From NCBI GenBank assembly GCA_945866135.1, contig CAMBGF010000001.1, forward strand, positions 24,805-88,804: DNA of 64,000 nucleotides, given 5' to 3'. The translations under genes were made by a program, and so were the position numbers. Source of the DNA: Bifidobacterium breve. Its GTDB lineage: Bacteria > Actinomycetota > Actinomycetes > S36-B12 > UBA5976. The notes beneath the pieces were generated by a model, which ran no database searches, had not been told where the DNA came from, and saw only the letters and a program-made list of their open reading frames with translations. Below, piece by piece: positions 41,881 through 50,931 of this stretch; the stretch's first letter is position 1; every line of letters begins with the position of its first letter.

Positions 41881-42192
41881 ATGCCTAAGACAAAAGTTAG
41901 ATTGAATCCGGTTACGCCGGGGGAACTGCTCTGGGAAGAGTTCTTGGTTCCGATGGACATTAGTAGGTATCGCCTTGCTAAAGACATCGGCGTGCCGGCG
42001 CAACGAATTGGTGACATCGTAATGGGCAAGCGAGCTATAACAGCTGACACAGATTTACGGTTATGTAAATATTTTGGGCTTAGCGATGGATTTTGGCTTC
42101 GCGCACAAGCAAGTTGCGATTTAGAGGTTGCTCGAAGTGCGATCGAACTCGAACTTGCCAGGATATTGCCAATTAAAGCGTCAGCCAAGTGA
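41881..42192 (+). CDS. higA: HigA antitoxin (XRE-type HTH)
   Basis: PGELL.EEFL.P, YRLAK, RAITADTDLRL, FWL..Q; follows the toxin. Confidence 0.94.
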   Translation: MPKTKVRLNPVTPGELLWEEFLVPMDISRYRLAKDIGVPAQRIGDIVMGKRAITADTDLRLCKYFGLSDGFWLRAQASCDLEVARSAIELELARILPIKASAK

Positions 42193-42213
42193 TAAAAAAC
42201 TTTGAGCAGGCCA

Positions 42214-43692
42214 CTAGATAGTTCCCTTATCAAGGCCACTTAGAACTTCTTGCGCTCGAACTTTAAGTTCTGGTAAATCACTTAAGCGTTTTAAGCCAGC
42301 AACTTGTTGAGACATGCGATGGTTCTTTGCGAATTCTTCTTTATGGCGGTCCAGAAAATCCCAGTACAAAGTGGTGAATGGGCAGGCAGTTTCGCCAACC
42401 CGAAGCTTCGGATCATATTCACAGCCTTTGCAGAACTGCGTCATGCGAGAAATGTATGCGCCACCGGCCGCATAAGGCTTAGTCATTAATTGACCACCAT
42501 CAGCGTGCAGCCCCATGCCAATTATGTTTGGAACCATAACCCACTCAGTGGCATCGATAAATTGCTCACGCATCCAGTCCAAGAATTCAATTGGATTAAC
42601 ACCTGTCACCAGTGCGAGATTGCTCAGAATCATTAGCCGGGGAATGTGATGAGTCCATGCCCTGGTCTCTATGCCCGAGACGATACCTTGCATACACTTC
42701 ATTTTCGTTTTCGAGGAATCTTGAAATAGTGGCAGTAGCTTGCGCTGCGCAGTAAGACCATTTCTAAATTTGTAGTCAGCGCCTAAGTGCCAATACATAC
42801 CATTTAAGTATTCGCGCCAGCCAATAATTTGACGCACGAAAGCTTCAACTGAAGCGATCGGGGCTTGGCCGGCTTCGTATTTCACAAGCGCAGCAGAAAT
42901 AACTTCAGAAGCGTGAAGTAAGCCATTATTTAAATATGGACTGAGCAGTGAATGATGCAGGGCCCAACTATCGTTACTTACTGCGTCTTCGTATGGACCA
43001 AAATTTGTCAGATTATGCTCGATGAAATGATCGAGTTGAGCTAGTGCGCCCGCCCTGGTGGTTGCCCAAGTCTTAGTTGGATTCAAGCCGAGCTCAGCAC
43101 ACACTTCAAGATCTATTTCATCGCGCTCATGTTCTAAATATTCTGGCCAGGTGTAGTTCTTTGGGGGAGGCAGGCGATTCTCTTTGTCAAAGTTCCAAAC
43201 CCCAGTTTCTGGCTTTCCGTTTTCAACCATGATCCCCAAGCGCAGGCGCTGTGCTCGGTAAAAGGTTTCCATTAAGAAAGTTTTTTGCTTACCTGCCCAT
43301 AACTCAAAGTCCACGCGCGAAGTTAGAAAGAAATCATTTGGCAGGAAGCCGACACCAAATTCTGCGAGCTGGGCAAATTGCACAAACGATGAAGGTTCCG
43401 CTGAAAAAATTGGCAGTGTTCCGAACTCGGTCTGTGCCATTTTTAGGCCATCGATTGTGGTTGGCGCTTTGAGGTATCTGACTTTATAGCCCGCTGCAGT
43501 AAGTTCATTAGCAAAATGTCTGGCCGATGAAATTAAGAAAAACAATCTTTCTTTGTGCCACGGGCGACCTGTTGTCATGCGAGAACTTTCCACAATCACT
43601 ATTTGGTCAGTTGCTGGATCGGCTGTTTTTAAAACCCCGTAATCACGATTTAGATGATCAAAGGGAATATAAAGAATTCGTTTCATGCTCAT
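42214..43692 (-). CDS. Cryptochrome/photolyase family protein, FeS-BCP (PhrB/CryB-like)
   Basis: [38 protein letters not shown]; four Cys (KC, FCKGC, ACPF); ATGA overlap with DUF2256 gene. Confidence 0.9.
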   Translation of the reverse strand: MSMKRILYIPFDHLNRDYGVLKTADPATDQIVIVESSRMTTGRPWHKERLFFLISSARHFANELTAAGYKVRYLKAPTTIDGLKMAQTEFGTLPIFSAEPSSFVQFAQLAEFGVGFLPNDFFLTSRVDFELWAGKQKTFLMETFYRAQRLRLGIMVENGKPETGVWNFDKENRLPPPKNYTWPEYLEHERDEIDLEVCAELGLNPTKTWATTRAGALAQLDHFIEHNLTNFGPYEDAVSNDSWALHHSLLSPYLNNGLLHASEVISAALVKYEAGQAPIASVEAFVRQIIGWREYLNGMYWHLGADYKFRNGLTAQRKLLPLFQDSSKTKMKCMQGIVSGIETRAWTHHIPRLMILSNLALVTGVNPIEFLDWMREQFIDATEWVMVPNIIGMGLHADGGQLMTKPYAAGGAYISRMTQFCKGCEYDPKLRVGETACPFTTLYWDFLDRHKEEFAKNHRMSQQVAGLKRLSDLPELKVRAQEVLSGLDKGTI

Positions 43693-43832
43693 TTCGCCGA
43701 CTTGCATTTCTGGGAGCAAAATTTAACATCTTCCCAATCCTGTTCCCATTTCTTTCGCCACTCAAAATCCAGCCCGCAACCCAAACAAGTCTTGGGAGCA
43801 TGACCATTTTTTGTTTTAGCTACGCGGGGCAT
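43689..43832 (-). CDS. DUF2256-family small Cys protein
   Basis: KTC..CG..FEWRKKW..DWE.VKFCS.KC. Confidence 0.88.
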   Translation of the reverse strand: MPRVAKTKNGHAPKTCLGCGLDFEWRKKWEQDWEDVKFCSQKCKSAK

Positions 43833-43877
43833 GGCTCTAAATATAGGTTCAAACGTTAGTTGCTGCAGTAGTGATGG

Positions 43878-43953
43878 TGGTACGCCCGAGAGGACTCGAA
43901 CCTCCAACCGACAGGGTAGAAACCTGGTGCTCTATCCATTGAGCTACGGGCGC
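43878..43953 (-). tRNA. tRNA-Arg (UCU)
   Basis: GCGCCCG/CGGGCGT acceptor, anticodon loop TTTCTAC, GTTCGAG T loop, CCA end. Confidence 0.94.
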
Positions 43954-44035
43954 ATCGCCAGCAAGAAAACCTGCAAGCCTCATAATTCTATCTGCGGTAA
44001 TTCGGCAGTGTTGGGCACGCGTTAGACTCGAGCAC

Positions 44036-45733
44036 ATGGCTGAGTTCATTTATACCCTTTCAAAAGCACGTAAAGCCCACGGCGATAAGGTCATTTTGGA
44101 TGACGTAACGCTGTCATTCCTGCCTGGCGCAAAGATTGGTGTAGTTGGACCAAACGGTGCTGGTAAGTCCACATTGTTAAAGATCATGTCGGGCGAGCAG
44201 CAAGTATCAAATGGTGATGCCATGCTCGCAGCCGGTTACACAGTTGGCATGTTGGCCCAAGAACCCCAGCTTGATGATTCCAAAAATGTTTTAGAAAATG
44301 TGCAAGAAGGTGTTGCCGAGACCATGGCAATGCTGGCTCGATTCAATGAAGTCTCTGCTCAAATGGCAGATCCAGATGCTGACTTTGATGCTCTGATGGC
44401 CGAGATGGGAACTTTGCAAGAAGCCATCGATCATAAAAATGCTTGGGATTTAGATAACCAACTTGAGCAAGCCATGGACGCTCTGCGCTGCCCACCAAGT
44501 GACGCTGATGTGAGCGTACTTTCTGGTGGTGAGCGCCGCCGCGTTGCACTTTGCAAACTACTTTTACAACAGCCAGATTTATTACTTCTTGATGAGCCAA
44601 CTAACCACTTGGACGCCGAGAGTGTTAATTGGCTAGAACAGCACCTTGAGAAATACCCAGGAACTGTTATCGCAATTACCCACGATCGATACTTCCTAGA
44701 CAACGTGGCGCAATGGATTTTAGAGCTTGACCGTGGTCGCGCATTCCCATATGAAGGTAACTACTCGACTTACTTGGAAAAGAAGCAGGCTCGCCTGAAA
44801 GTTGAAGGTGCAAAAGACGCCAAACTTTCCCGCAGGTTGCAAGAAGAACTTGAATGGGTTCGATCCAATGCCAAGGCTCGTCAGACTAAGAGCCGGGCAC
44901 GTTTGGATCGTTATGAAGAGATGGCCATTGAAGCTGAAAAGACTCGCAAGATGGACTTTGAAGAAATTCAAATTCCACCGGGTCCACGACTTGGAAGTAT
45001 TGTTATCGAATCCGATCACTTGTCGAAGGGATTTGGCGATCGCATCCTGATGGATGATCTCTCATTCACACTTCCACGTAACGGCATCATCGGTGTGATC
45101 GGACCTAACGGTGTTGGTAAGACCACGCTGTTTCGCATGATTGTTGCTGCTGCCGAAGCTGATACTTCTGATGATTCAACACAGGCAGATTCTGGTTCAC
45201 TTAAGGTTGGCGAGACTGTGAAACTTTCCTACGTCGACCAAAGTCGTTCCGGTTTAGATCCCGCAAAGAATGTTTGGGAAGTTGTTTCCGACGGCCTGGA
45301 CTGGATCAAAGTGGGCGCAGTTGAAATGCCATCACGTGCTTACATCGGTGCATTTGGATTTAAGGGACCAGATCAGCAAAAGCCTTCTGGAGTACTTTCG
45401 GGTGGTGAACGTAACCGCCTCAACTTGGCACTGACTTTGAAGCAAGGTGGCAACGTACTTCTCCTCGATGAGCCAACTAACGATCTAGATGTGGAAACGC
45501 TTGGCTCATTGGAAAATGCGTTACTGGAATTTCCGGGCTGCGCCGTGATCACCTCGCATGATCGCTGGTTCCTGGACCGAATTGCCACTCATATATTGGC
45601 TTACGAAGGCGACTCGCAATGGTTCTGGTTTGAAGGAAACTTCGAGTCATATGAAAAGAACAAGATTGATCGCTTGGGCGCCGATGCTGCGCGTCCGCAT
45701 CGTGCCACTTACCGCAAACTAACTCGTAGCTAA
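44036..45733 (+). CDS. ettA: Energy-dependent translational throttle protein (ABC-F)
   Basis: MAEFIYT, two ABC cassettes, ELEWVR, IPPGPRLG. Confidence 0.96.
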   Translation: MAEFIYTLSKARKAHGDKVILDDVTLSFLPGAKIGVVGPNGAGKSTLLKIMSGEQQVSNGDAMLAAGYTVGMLAQEPQLDDSKNVLENVQEGVAETMAMLARFNEVSAQMADPDADFDALMAEMGTLQEAIDHKNAWDLDNQLEQAMDALRCPPSDADVSVLSGGERRRVALCKLLLQQPDLLLLDEPTNHLDAESVNWLEQHLEKYPGTVIAITHDRYFLDNVAQWILELDRGRAFPYEGNYSTYLEKKQARLKVEGAKDAKLSRRLQEELEWVRSNAKARQTKSRARLDRYEEMAIEAEKTRKMDFEEIQIPPGPRLGSIVIESDHLSKGFGDRILMDDLSFTLPRNGIIGVIGPNGVGKTTLFRMIVAAAEADTSDDSTQADSGSLKVGETVKLSYVDQSRSGLDPAKNVWEVVSDGLDWIKVGAVEMPSRAYIGAFGFKGPDQQKPSGVLSGGERNRLNLALTLKQGGNVLLLDEPTNDLDVETLGSLENALLEFPGCAVITSHDRWFLDRIATHILAYEGDSQWFWFEGNFESYEKNKIDRLGADAARPHRATYRKLTRS

Positions 45734-45833
45734 AATCTTTCAAATTTGGAATCTTCCAATTTTTGAATCTTTAGACATCTATCGTTTAGGCCTTGTTTAA
45801 GTTTCGTTAGTTTTCTTGTGTCAGATTTGAGTC

Positions 45834-46316
45834 ATGAAAGATGTTATGACACGAAGTCAGATAAAACCTTGGATTACTCGAAACATTGCGCTCGTTGCGC
45901 ACGATAATCAAAAAGAAGAATTGCTCGACTGGTGTAAGAAAAACCGCGGCTTACTTTCTCGTCATAATTTATTCGCCACTGGCACAACTGGCGCACTGCT
46001 AGCTGATTGCTTAGATCTGCCCGTGCATCGGTTTTTAAGTGGTCCACTTGGCGGCGATCAACAAATTGGTGCCGCAATTGCTGAAGGCAAAATTGATATC
46101 CTAGTTTTCTTTTGGGATCCACTAGAGCCACAACCACATGATCCAGATGTAAAAGCCCTCTTACGCATTGCAACACTTTGGAATGCTGGAATTGCAGTAA
46201 ACCGTACAACGGCAGACATGTTAATAACCTCTGCGCTTTTTGAAGCAGATTATCCAACTAAGCGACCAAACTTTATTGGTGGCACTGAGCTAAGCAGTTT
46301 CGCACAAGTTAATTAA
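45834..46316 (+). CDS. mgsA: Methylglyoxal synthase
   Basis: ALVAHD, ATGTTG, SGPLGGDQQIG, FFWDPL..QPHDPDVKAL. Confidence 0.96.
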   Translation: MKDVMTRSQIKPWITRNIALVAHDNQKEELLDWCKKNRGLLSRHNLFATGTTGALLADCLDLPVHRFLSGPLGGDQQIGAAIAEGKIDILVFFWDPLEPQPHDPDVKALLRIATLWNAGIAVNRTTADMLITSALFEADYPTKRPNFIGGTELSSFAQVN

Positions 46317-46376
46317 TAGCTGTAATCAGAGACGATACGCTTAAGTACTCATTACCTACCAAGGCAGGTTTCTTAG

Positions 46377-46778
46377 GTGGCAATTCTTACCGTTCCGGTT
46401 CACTTGCGCTGGGGTGACATGGATGTGTTCGAGCACATAAACAATGTTGCTTACGTTGGTTACCTTGAAGATGCTCGTGTTTCCTTACTAGCAAATGCTG
46501 GCTTTGCCCCAGAACTAGATGGCATTAGACAGTTTGTTGTCCGCCATGAAATTGACTATTTGAAACCACTGACTTTTAGGGCAGAACCGATGCAGATGCA
46601 GGTCTGGATTGAATCGATAGGAAACAGTTCTTACGTAATCGGGTACTGCCTGCTCGACGAAGAAGCTGAATACATGCGAGCAAAAACTACGATGGTTTGC
46701 ATGAAGATGGAAAGTGGACTACCTGGTCGTATTCCATCGCAACTGAAGCAAACTTATGAAAAGTTAATGCGCGACTAA
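46377..46778 (+). CDS. Acyl-CoA thioesterase (4HBT/hotdog fold)
   Basis: RWGDMD...HINNVAY..YLEDAR. Confidence 0.9.
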   Translation: MAILTVPVHLRWGDMDVFEHINNVAYVGYLEDARVSLLANAGFAPELDGIRQFVVRHEIDYLKPLTFRAEPMQMQVWIESIGNSSYVIGYCLLDEEAEYMRAKTTMVCMKMESGLPGRIPSQLKQTYEKLMRD

Positions 46779-48047
46779 TCTTGTTTGCTCGCGCTGGGCA
46801 AGTGTTGGAATCTTTCGAAGCAAGAATAGCGAAGCCATGGCGATCAAACACAGGACTGCAGCAACGTACCAGGCTACTTCGTAGTCGCCATTAGTTTCGC
46901 GGATCCACCCAGCAAATGACGCAGCGATGGCAGCGCCCAACATGTGGAATGCAAAAATCCAGCCATAAACCACGACAGAGCGGGCAACGCCAAAATACTC
47001 GCGGCACAACTGAACAGTAGGTGGAACGGTTGCAATCCAATCAAGACCATAAAAAACTATGAAGAAAATCAGTGGTGGATTAACATCTGGCCCGAGCACC
47101 ACGGGAATAGTCAATAAAGCTAAGCCGCGCATTCCATAAAAGAAAACTAGTAGCCAAATAGAACTTACTTTGTCAGTTAAATATCCCGAACCTATAGTTC
47201 CGATCAAATCAAAAATTCCCACTATGGCAAGTAGTGAGGCGGCTGTGCTGACTGGCATTCCGTGATCATGCGCGGCGGGAATGAAATGGGTTCCGATAAG
47301 GCCGTTAGTTGACCAGCCACACACAAAGAACGTAAATGCTAAAACCCAAAACGCTGGATGACGCATCGAGGTAAGTAAGACCTCAATAGCACCGCGCGCA
47401 GTTGCCGGGGCGGCTGGCCCAAGATCAACTTCTTGCGTGGCGCCATAGGGCAATAGACCAAGATCTGATGGCCGATCTCGCAAGAAAATAAATACCACCG
47501 GAGCAAGCACCGCGCTACAAGCAGCAACGGTAAGTGATGCGCTTCGCCAACCCGAGCTCTCAATCATAAAAGTAAGAAGTGGCAGAAATATCATGGAGCC
47601 AGTTGCGTAACCTGCAGAAAATAACCCTGTGACCAGGCCACGACGCTTAACAAACCAACGGTTTGCAACCGCTGCACCGAAAATTAGCGCCAGGCAACCA
47701 GTACCAAACCCAACAAATACTCCCCAGAGTAAAACCAGTTGCCAACTTTGGGTCATCAAAGTAGTTAGGAATAGCCCAGTTGAAACCAGAAGTAGCGCTG
47801 CGCAAACTACTCGTCGCATGGAAAAGCGTTCAATCAAAGTGGCGGCAAAAGGGGCGGTAAATCCATAAACAAGTAGGTGCAGTGCTACCGCCCCGGAAGT
47901 CAAACTTCTAGACCAACCAAACTCAGACTCAAGGGGCAGCAGCATCACGCCAGTAGTTGAGCGAAATGCAGCCGCTGAGACAAGAGTTAGAAATGTTATT
48001 GCGACGATCCACCAAGCGCGATGCATTCGAGTCAGTGCTGAGGCCAT
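46764..48047 (-). CDS. MFS transporter
   Basis: About 12 TM segments, RWFVKRRGL, SGYLTDK, FYGLDW.ATVPP. Confidence 0.9.
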   Translation of the reverse strand: MASALTRMHRAWWIVAITFLTLVSAAAFRSTTGVMLLPLESEFGWSRSLTSGAVALHLLVYGFTAPFAATLIERFSMRRVVCAALLLVSTGLFLTTLMTQSWQLVLLWGVFVGFGTGCLALIFGAAVANRWFVKRRGLVTGLFSAGYATGSMIFLPLLTFMIESSGWRSASLTVAACSAVLAPVVFIFLRDRPSDLGLLPYGATQEVDLGPAAPATARGAIEVLLTSMRHPAFWVLAFTFFVCGWSTNGLIGTHFIPAAHDHGMPVSTAASLLAIVGIFDLIGTIGSGYLTDKVSSIWLLVFFYGMRGLALLTIPVVLGPDVNPPLIFFIVFYGLDWIATVPPTVQLCREYFGVARSVVVYGWIFAFHMLGAAIAASFAGWIRETNGDYEVAWYVAAVLCLIAMASLFLLRKIPTLAQREQTRLVAH

Positions 48048-48084
48048 ACCCGCACACTATCGGTATTGGATTACGGTTACTGAA

Positions 48085-48459
48085 TTACTCGCTATTTACC
48101 AGACTGTTAGCAGCTGCTACCAAATAATTCCATAATTCCTCACGTGCATGTACTGGCATTTCAAGTTGCGCAAGGGACGCTTGCATGTGGTCTAACCAGC
48201 GATCACGAGCATCAGCATTTATCACGAAAGGCATGTGGCGCATTCGCAATCGGGGATGACCACGTTCGCTTTGATAAGTCGTTGGGCCACCCCAATATTG
48301 TTGTAAAAATAATGCGAGATGGCGACGAGCTTGCACTAAATCATGACCTTGATACATAAGGCTTAGAACTTCATCAGTTTCGATACCTTGGTAAAAGCCA
48401 TCAACAAGTTTTAAAAAGAATTCCTCGCCGCCAACTAGCTCAAATAAAGTGCGTTCCAC
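48085..48459 (-). CDS. glbO: Group II truncated hemoglobin
   Basis: VGG, FY, YWGGP..Y...RGHPRLRMRH. Confidence 0.93.
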   Translation of the reverse strand: MERTLFELVGGEEFFLKLVDGFYQGIETDEVLSLMYQGHDLVQARRHLALFLQQYWGGPTTYQSERGHPRLRMRHMPFVINADARDRWLDHMQASLAQLEMPVHAREELWNYLVAAANSLVNSE

Positions 48460-48473
48460 TTGTCTAGTTTGCC

Positions 48474-49958
48474 CTAACTGACAAGTAGTTTTTTAGCATC
48501 TAATTGCGCCGCCGCTTTGGTGATGTTTCGGGTCATCGAGCCAAATACAAATCCATGGAATGGCCAAACAGACCACCAATATGCATGGCCTGCCAATCCC
48601 TTGGGATGGTAGATAGCGTGCTGGTGGTACATAGTTTCGCCAGCATCATTTTTTTCTACTCGTAATTCCAACCAAGCAAGTCCTGGCATGTGCATTTCTG
48701 CCCGCAGCCGCAGCAGTTCACCTGGAAGACATTCTTCTACTCGCCAGAAATCCAAAATCTCGCCAGCTAGTAATCTGTGGGGATCGCGCCGGCCACGACG
48801 TATTCCAGGGCCACCAAAAAAGCGATCAATTACCCCGCGGGTTTCCCAGGCCAATGGGAAAGAATACCAACCGTTTTCGCCGCCGATTCCTTCAATAATT
48901 TTCCAAAGCGATTCAGGCGAGGAGTTGGAAACAACGTAGCGATCATCAGTGTAGAGCGAGCCACCAGCCCACTCTGGATCTGTTGGAAGGGGCTCGCTTG
49001 GCTCTCCAGCCATTGATGCGGAGGACCAGCGCGATGTGACATTTGCTTGCCGAATTCTAGTAAGAGCGATAGCAACAGAATCTGCAAATCCCAGCAAGCC
49101 CTCGGGCGGATCAGGTATGTATTGCTTGATGTCATGCTCGGCGCAGATAACTTCAGTTTTCAAGCTATCCACAAGTGGGCGAGCAATCTTTTTTGGAACT
49201 GGCGTGACGAGCCCAATCCAACGCGCAGATAGACCAGGGGAAAGTAAGTTGATTGGCAAAATAAGGCGTTTACGTAAACCGGCAACTTTGGCGTAGCCGT
49301 GCATCATTTTTTGGTAAGTCATGATGTCAGGGCCACCAATATCAAAAGTTCGATTAATTCCTTCCGGCATGTTGCGAGCCTCTACTAGGTAGCGAAGGAC
49401 GTCTCTAATTGCAATCGGTTGGATTTTTGTTCGCACCCAACGAGGGGTGATCATGGCTGGCAAGATTTCAGTGAGGTACCGCAGCATTTCGAAAGAAAGA
49501 CTTCCTGAGCCAATAATCACCGCAGCGCCAAATGCGATTGTTGGGACGCCTGAGTTCAAGAGAATGTTGCCCACTTCAGCGCGGGAGCGTAAATGCGGGG
49601 AAAGTTTTGGATCATTTTGTAGCCCACCGAGATAGATGATTCGCCCGACATTATTACTTTTGGCTGCTTGCGCAAAAACTGTTGCTGTGTGACGTTCGTT
49701 TTCCTCAAGGTCACCAACGCTTCCAATGGCATGAATCAAGTAGTAAGCAACATCGACATCTTTCAAAGCTTCGGCACATGTGGTCGGATCATCAGCATCG
49801 CCGGAAATGATTTCAACTTGGTCAAACCAAGGGTGTTGGGCTATTCGTTCAGGGTGTCGGACCAAAACTCGGACAGTTACGCCCTCTTCGAGCAATCTTG
49901 GAATTAAGCGTCCGCCGATGTAGCCAGTAGCACCCGTAACCAAGCAACGTTGTGTCAT
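48474..49958 (-). CDS. Atypical SDR NAD(P)-binding protein with DUF2867-like C-terminus
   Basis: GATGYIG, HLRSR.EV, GGENGWY, DFWRVE, MPG.AWL. Confidence 0.85.
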   Translation of the reverse strand: MTQRCLVTGATGYIGGRLIPRLLEEGVTVRVLVRHPERIAQHPWFDQVEIISGDADDPTTCAEALKDVDVAYYLIHAIGSVGDLEENERHTATVFAQAAKSNNVGRIIYLGGLQNDPKLSPHLRSRAEVGNILLNSGVPTIAFGAAVIIGSGSLSFEMLRYLTEILPAMITPRWVRTKIQPIAIRDVLRYLVEARNMPEGINRTFDIGGPDIMTYQKMMHGYAKVAGLRKRLILPINLLSPGLSARWIGLVTPVPKKIARPLVDSLKTEVICAEHDIKQYIPDPPEGLLGFADSVAIALTRIRQANVTSRWSSASMAGEPSEPLPTDPEWAGGSLYTDDRYVVSNSSPESLWKIIEGIGGENGWYSFPLAWETRGVIDRFFGGPGIRRGRRDPHRLLAGEILDFWRVEECLPGELLRLRAEMHMPGLAWLELRVEKNDAGETMYHQHAIYHPKGLAGHAYWWSVWPFHGFVFGSMTRNITKAAAQLDAKKLLVS

Positions 49959-50015
49959 ACCTAATTGTTACGCATTTGGATTCCAGGCGCATGCTGGGTA
50001 TCGCTGATTGACCTG

Positions 50016-50531
50016 TTAGTCCCTGCGATTGTGGTTGGCCACGTTTAAAATTTCGCCATTTCGGATGTACCAAAGACGACCATCGCTGTCGAGGACTTTA
50101 GTTACCCGAAGCGCAACGTCTACGACCTTGCCACGAATCGTGCCAATTTCCACTTCATCACCTAACCCGAATTGATCTTCCAGAATCAAGAAAATTCCAG
50201 AGATGTAATCCTTAACTAAGGCTTGCGCGCCAAAGCCCAAAGCAACACCCAGAATTCCAGCAGAGGCCAGTAATGGCCCGACATTGATTCCGGCAATCGC
50301 CAAAATGGTAATTATGGCGATGATCCAAATCGTGGTGCTAATTGTGCCGTGAAGAAGTCGGCTTACTGTGGCAGCCCGTTGATCTGATCTGGAGCTAGAA
50401 CTAAGAGCGTGTTTAGTGAGCCGATCCACAGCTCGCAATAAGACCACTCTTGCTACCAAGCCAAAGATAATGACAATTGCCACTTTTACTGGCTGACCTA
50501 AAAACCAAGCTAAAACTTCTTTTGCGTCCAT
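50016..50531 (-). CDS. MscS family mechanosensitive channel protein (short)
   Basis: GVALGFGAQALVKD..SG, EDQFGLGD, YIRNGEI. Confidence 0.88.
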   Translation of the reverse strand: MDAKEVLAWFLGQPVKVAIVIIFGLVARVVLLRAVDRLTKHALSSSSRSDQRAATVSRLLHGTISTTIWIIAIITILAIAGINVGPLLASAGILGVALGFGAQALVKDYISGIFLILEDQFGLGDEVEIGTIRGKVVDVALRVTKVLDSDGRLWYIRNGEILNVANHNRRD

Positions 50532-50610
50532 CTATTCATTGTGTCCTATGCCACGCGCAATTCCACGGATGTGCAGCGAAATTGAAATTGACTTGTCGTA
50601 AAGTAAAGGG

Positions 50611-50928
50611 GTGATTACTGCTACTCGCCGCATCTGGGCAACTATTACCGCAACTGCAATTCTGAGTGCGACCGCAATTTATCCGGTCCTAGCTGAGAGC
50701 ACAAAACGTGATGATGGTGATGAACCTGGGGAGCCGATGGGAACTCTTAACGCGATCCTTTGGTTTGTAGTGTTGCCACTGGCCATCACCGGGATTATTA
50801 CGTTATTAACTCTTGGACCCAGTTGGACCAGTTCAGCTAAAAATTCAACTCGTGATGGTTACTTAGATGACCCAACTCTTAGTGAAAACCAAATTCCACC
50901 AACGCAACGTTCGCAAATTACTTACTAG
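50611..50928 (+). CDS. Hypothetical membrane protein with signal peptide
   Basis: Signal-like N-terminus, DDGDEPG, one TM segment; -10 TAAAGT 6 nt upstream. Confidence 0.65.
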   Translation: MITATRRIWATITATAILSATAIYPVLAESTKRDDGDEPGEPMGTLNAILWFVVLPLAITGIITLLTLGPSWTSSAKNSTRDGYLDDPTLSENQIPPTQRSQITY

Positions 50929-50931
50929 TTT

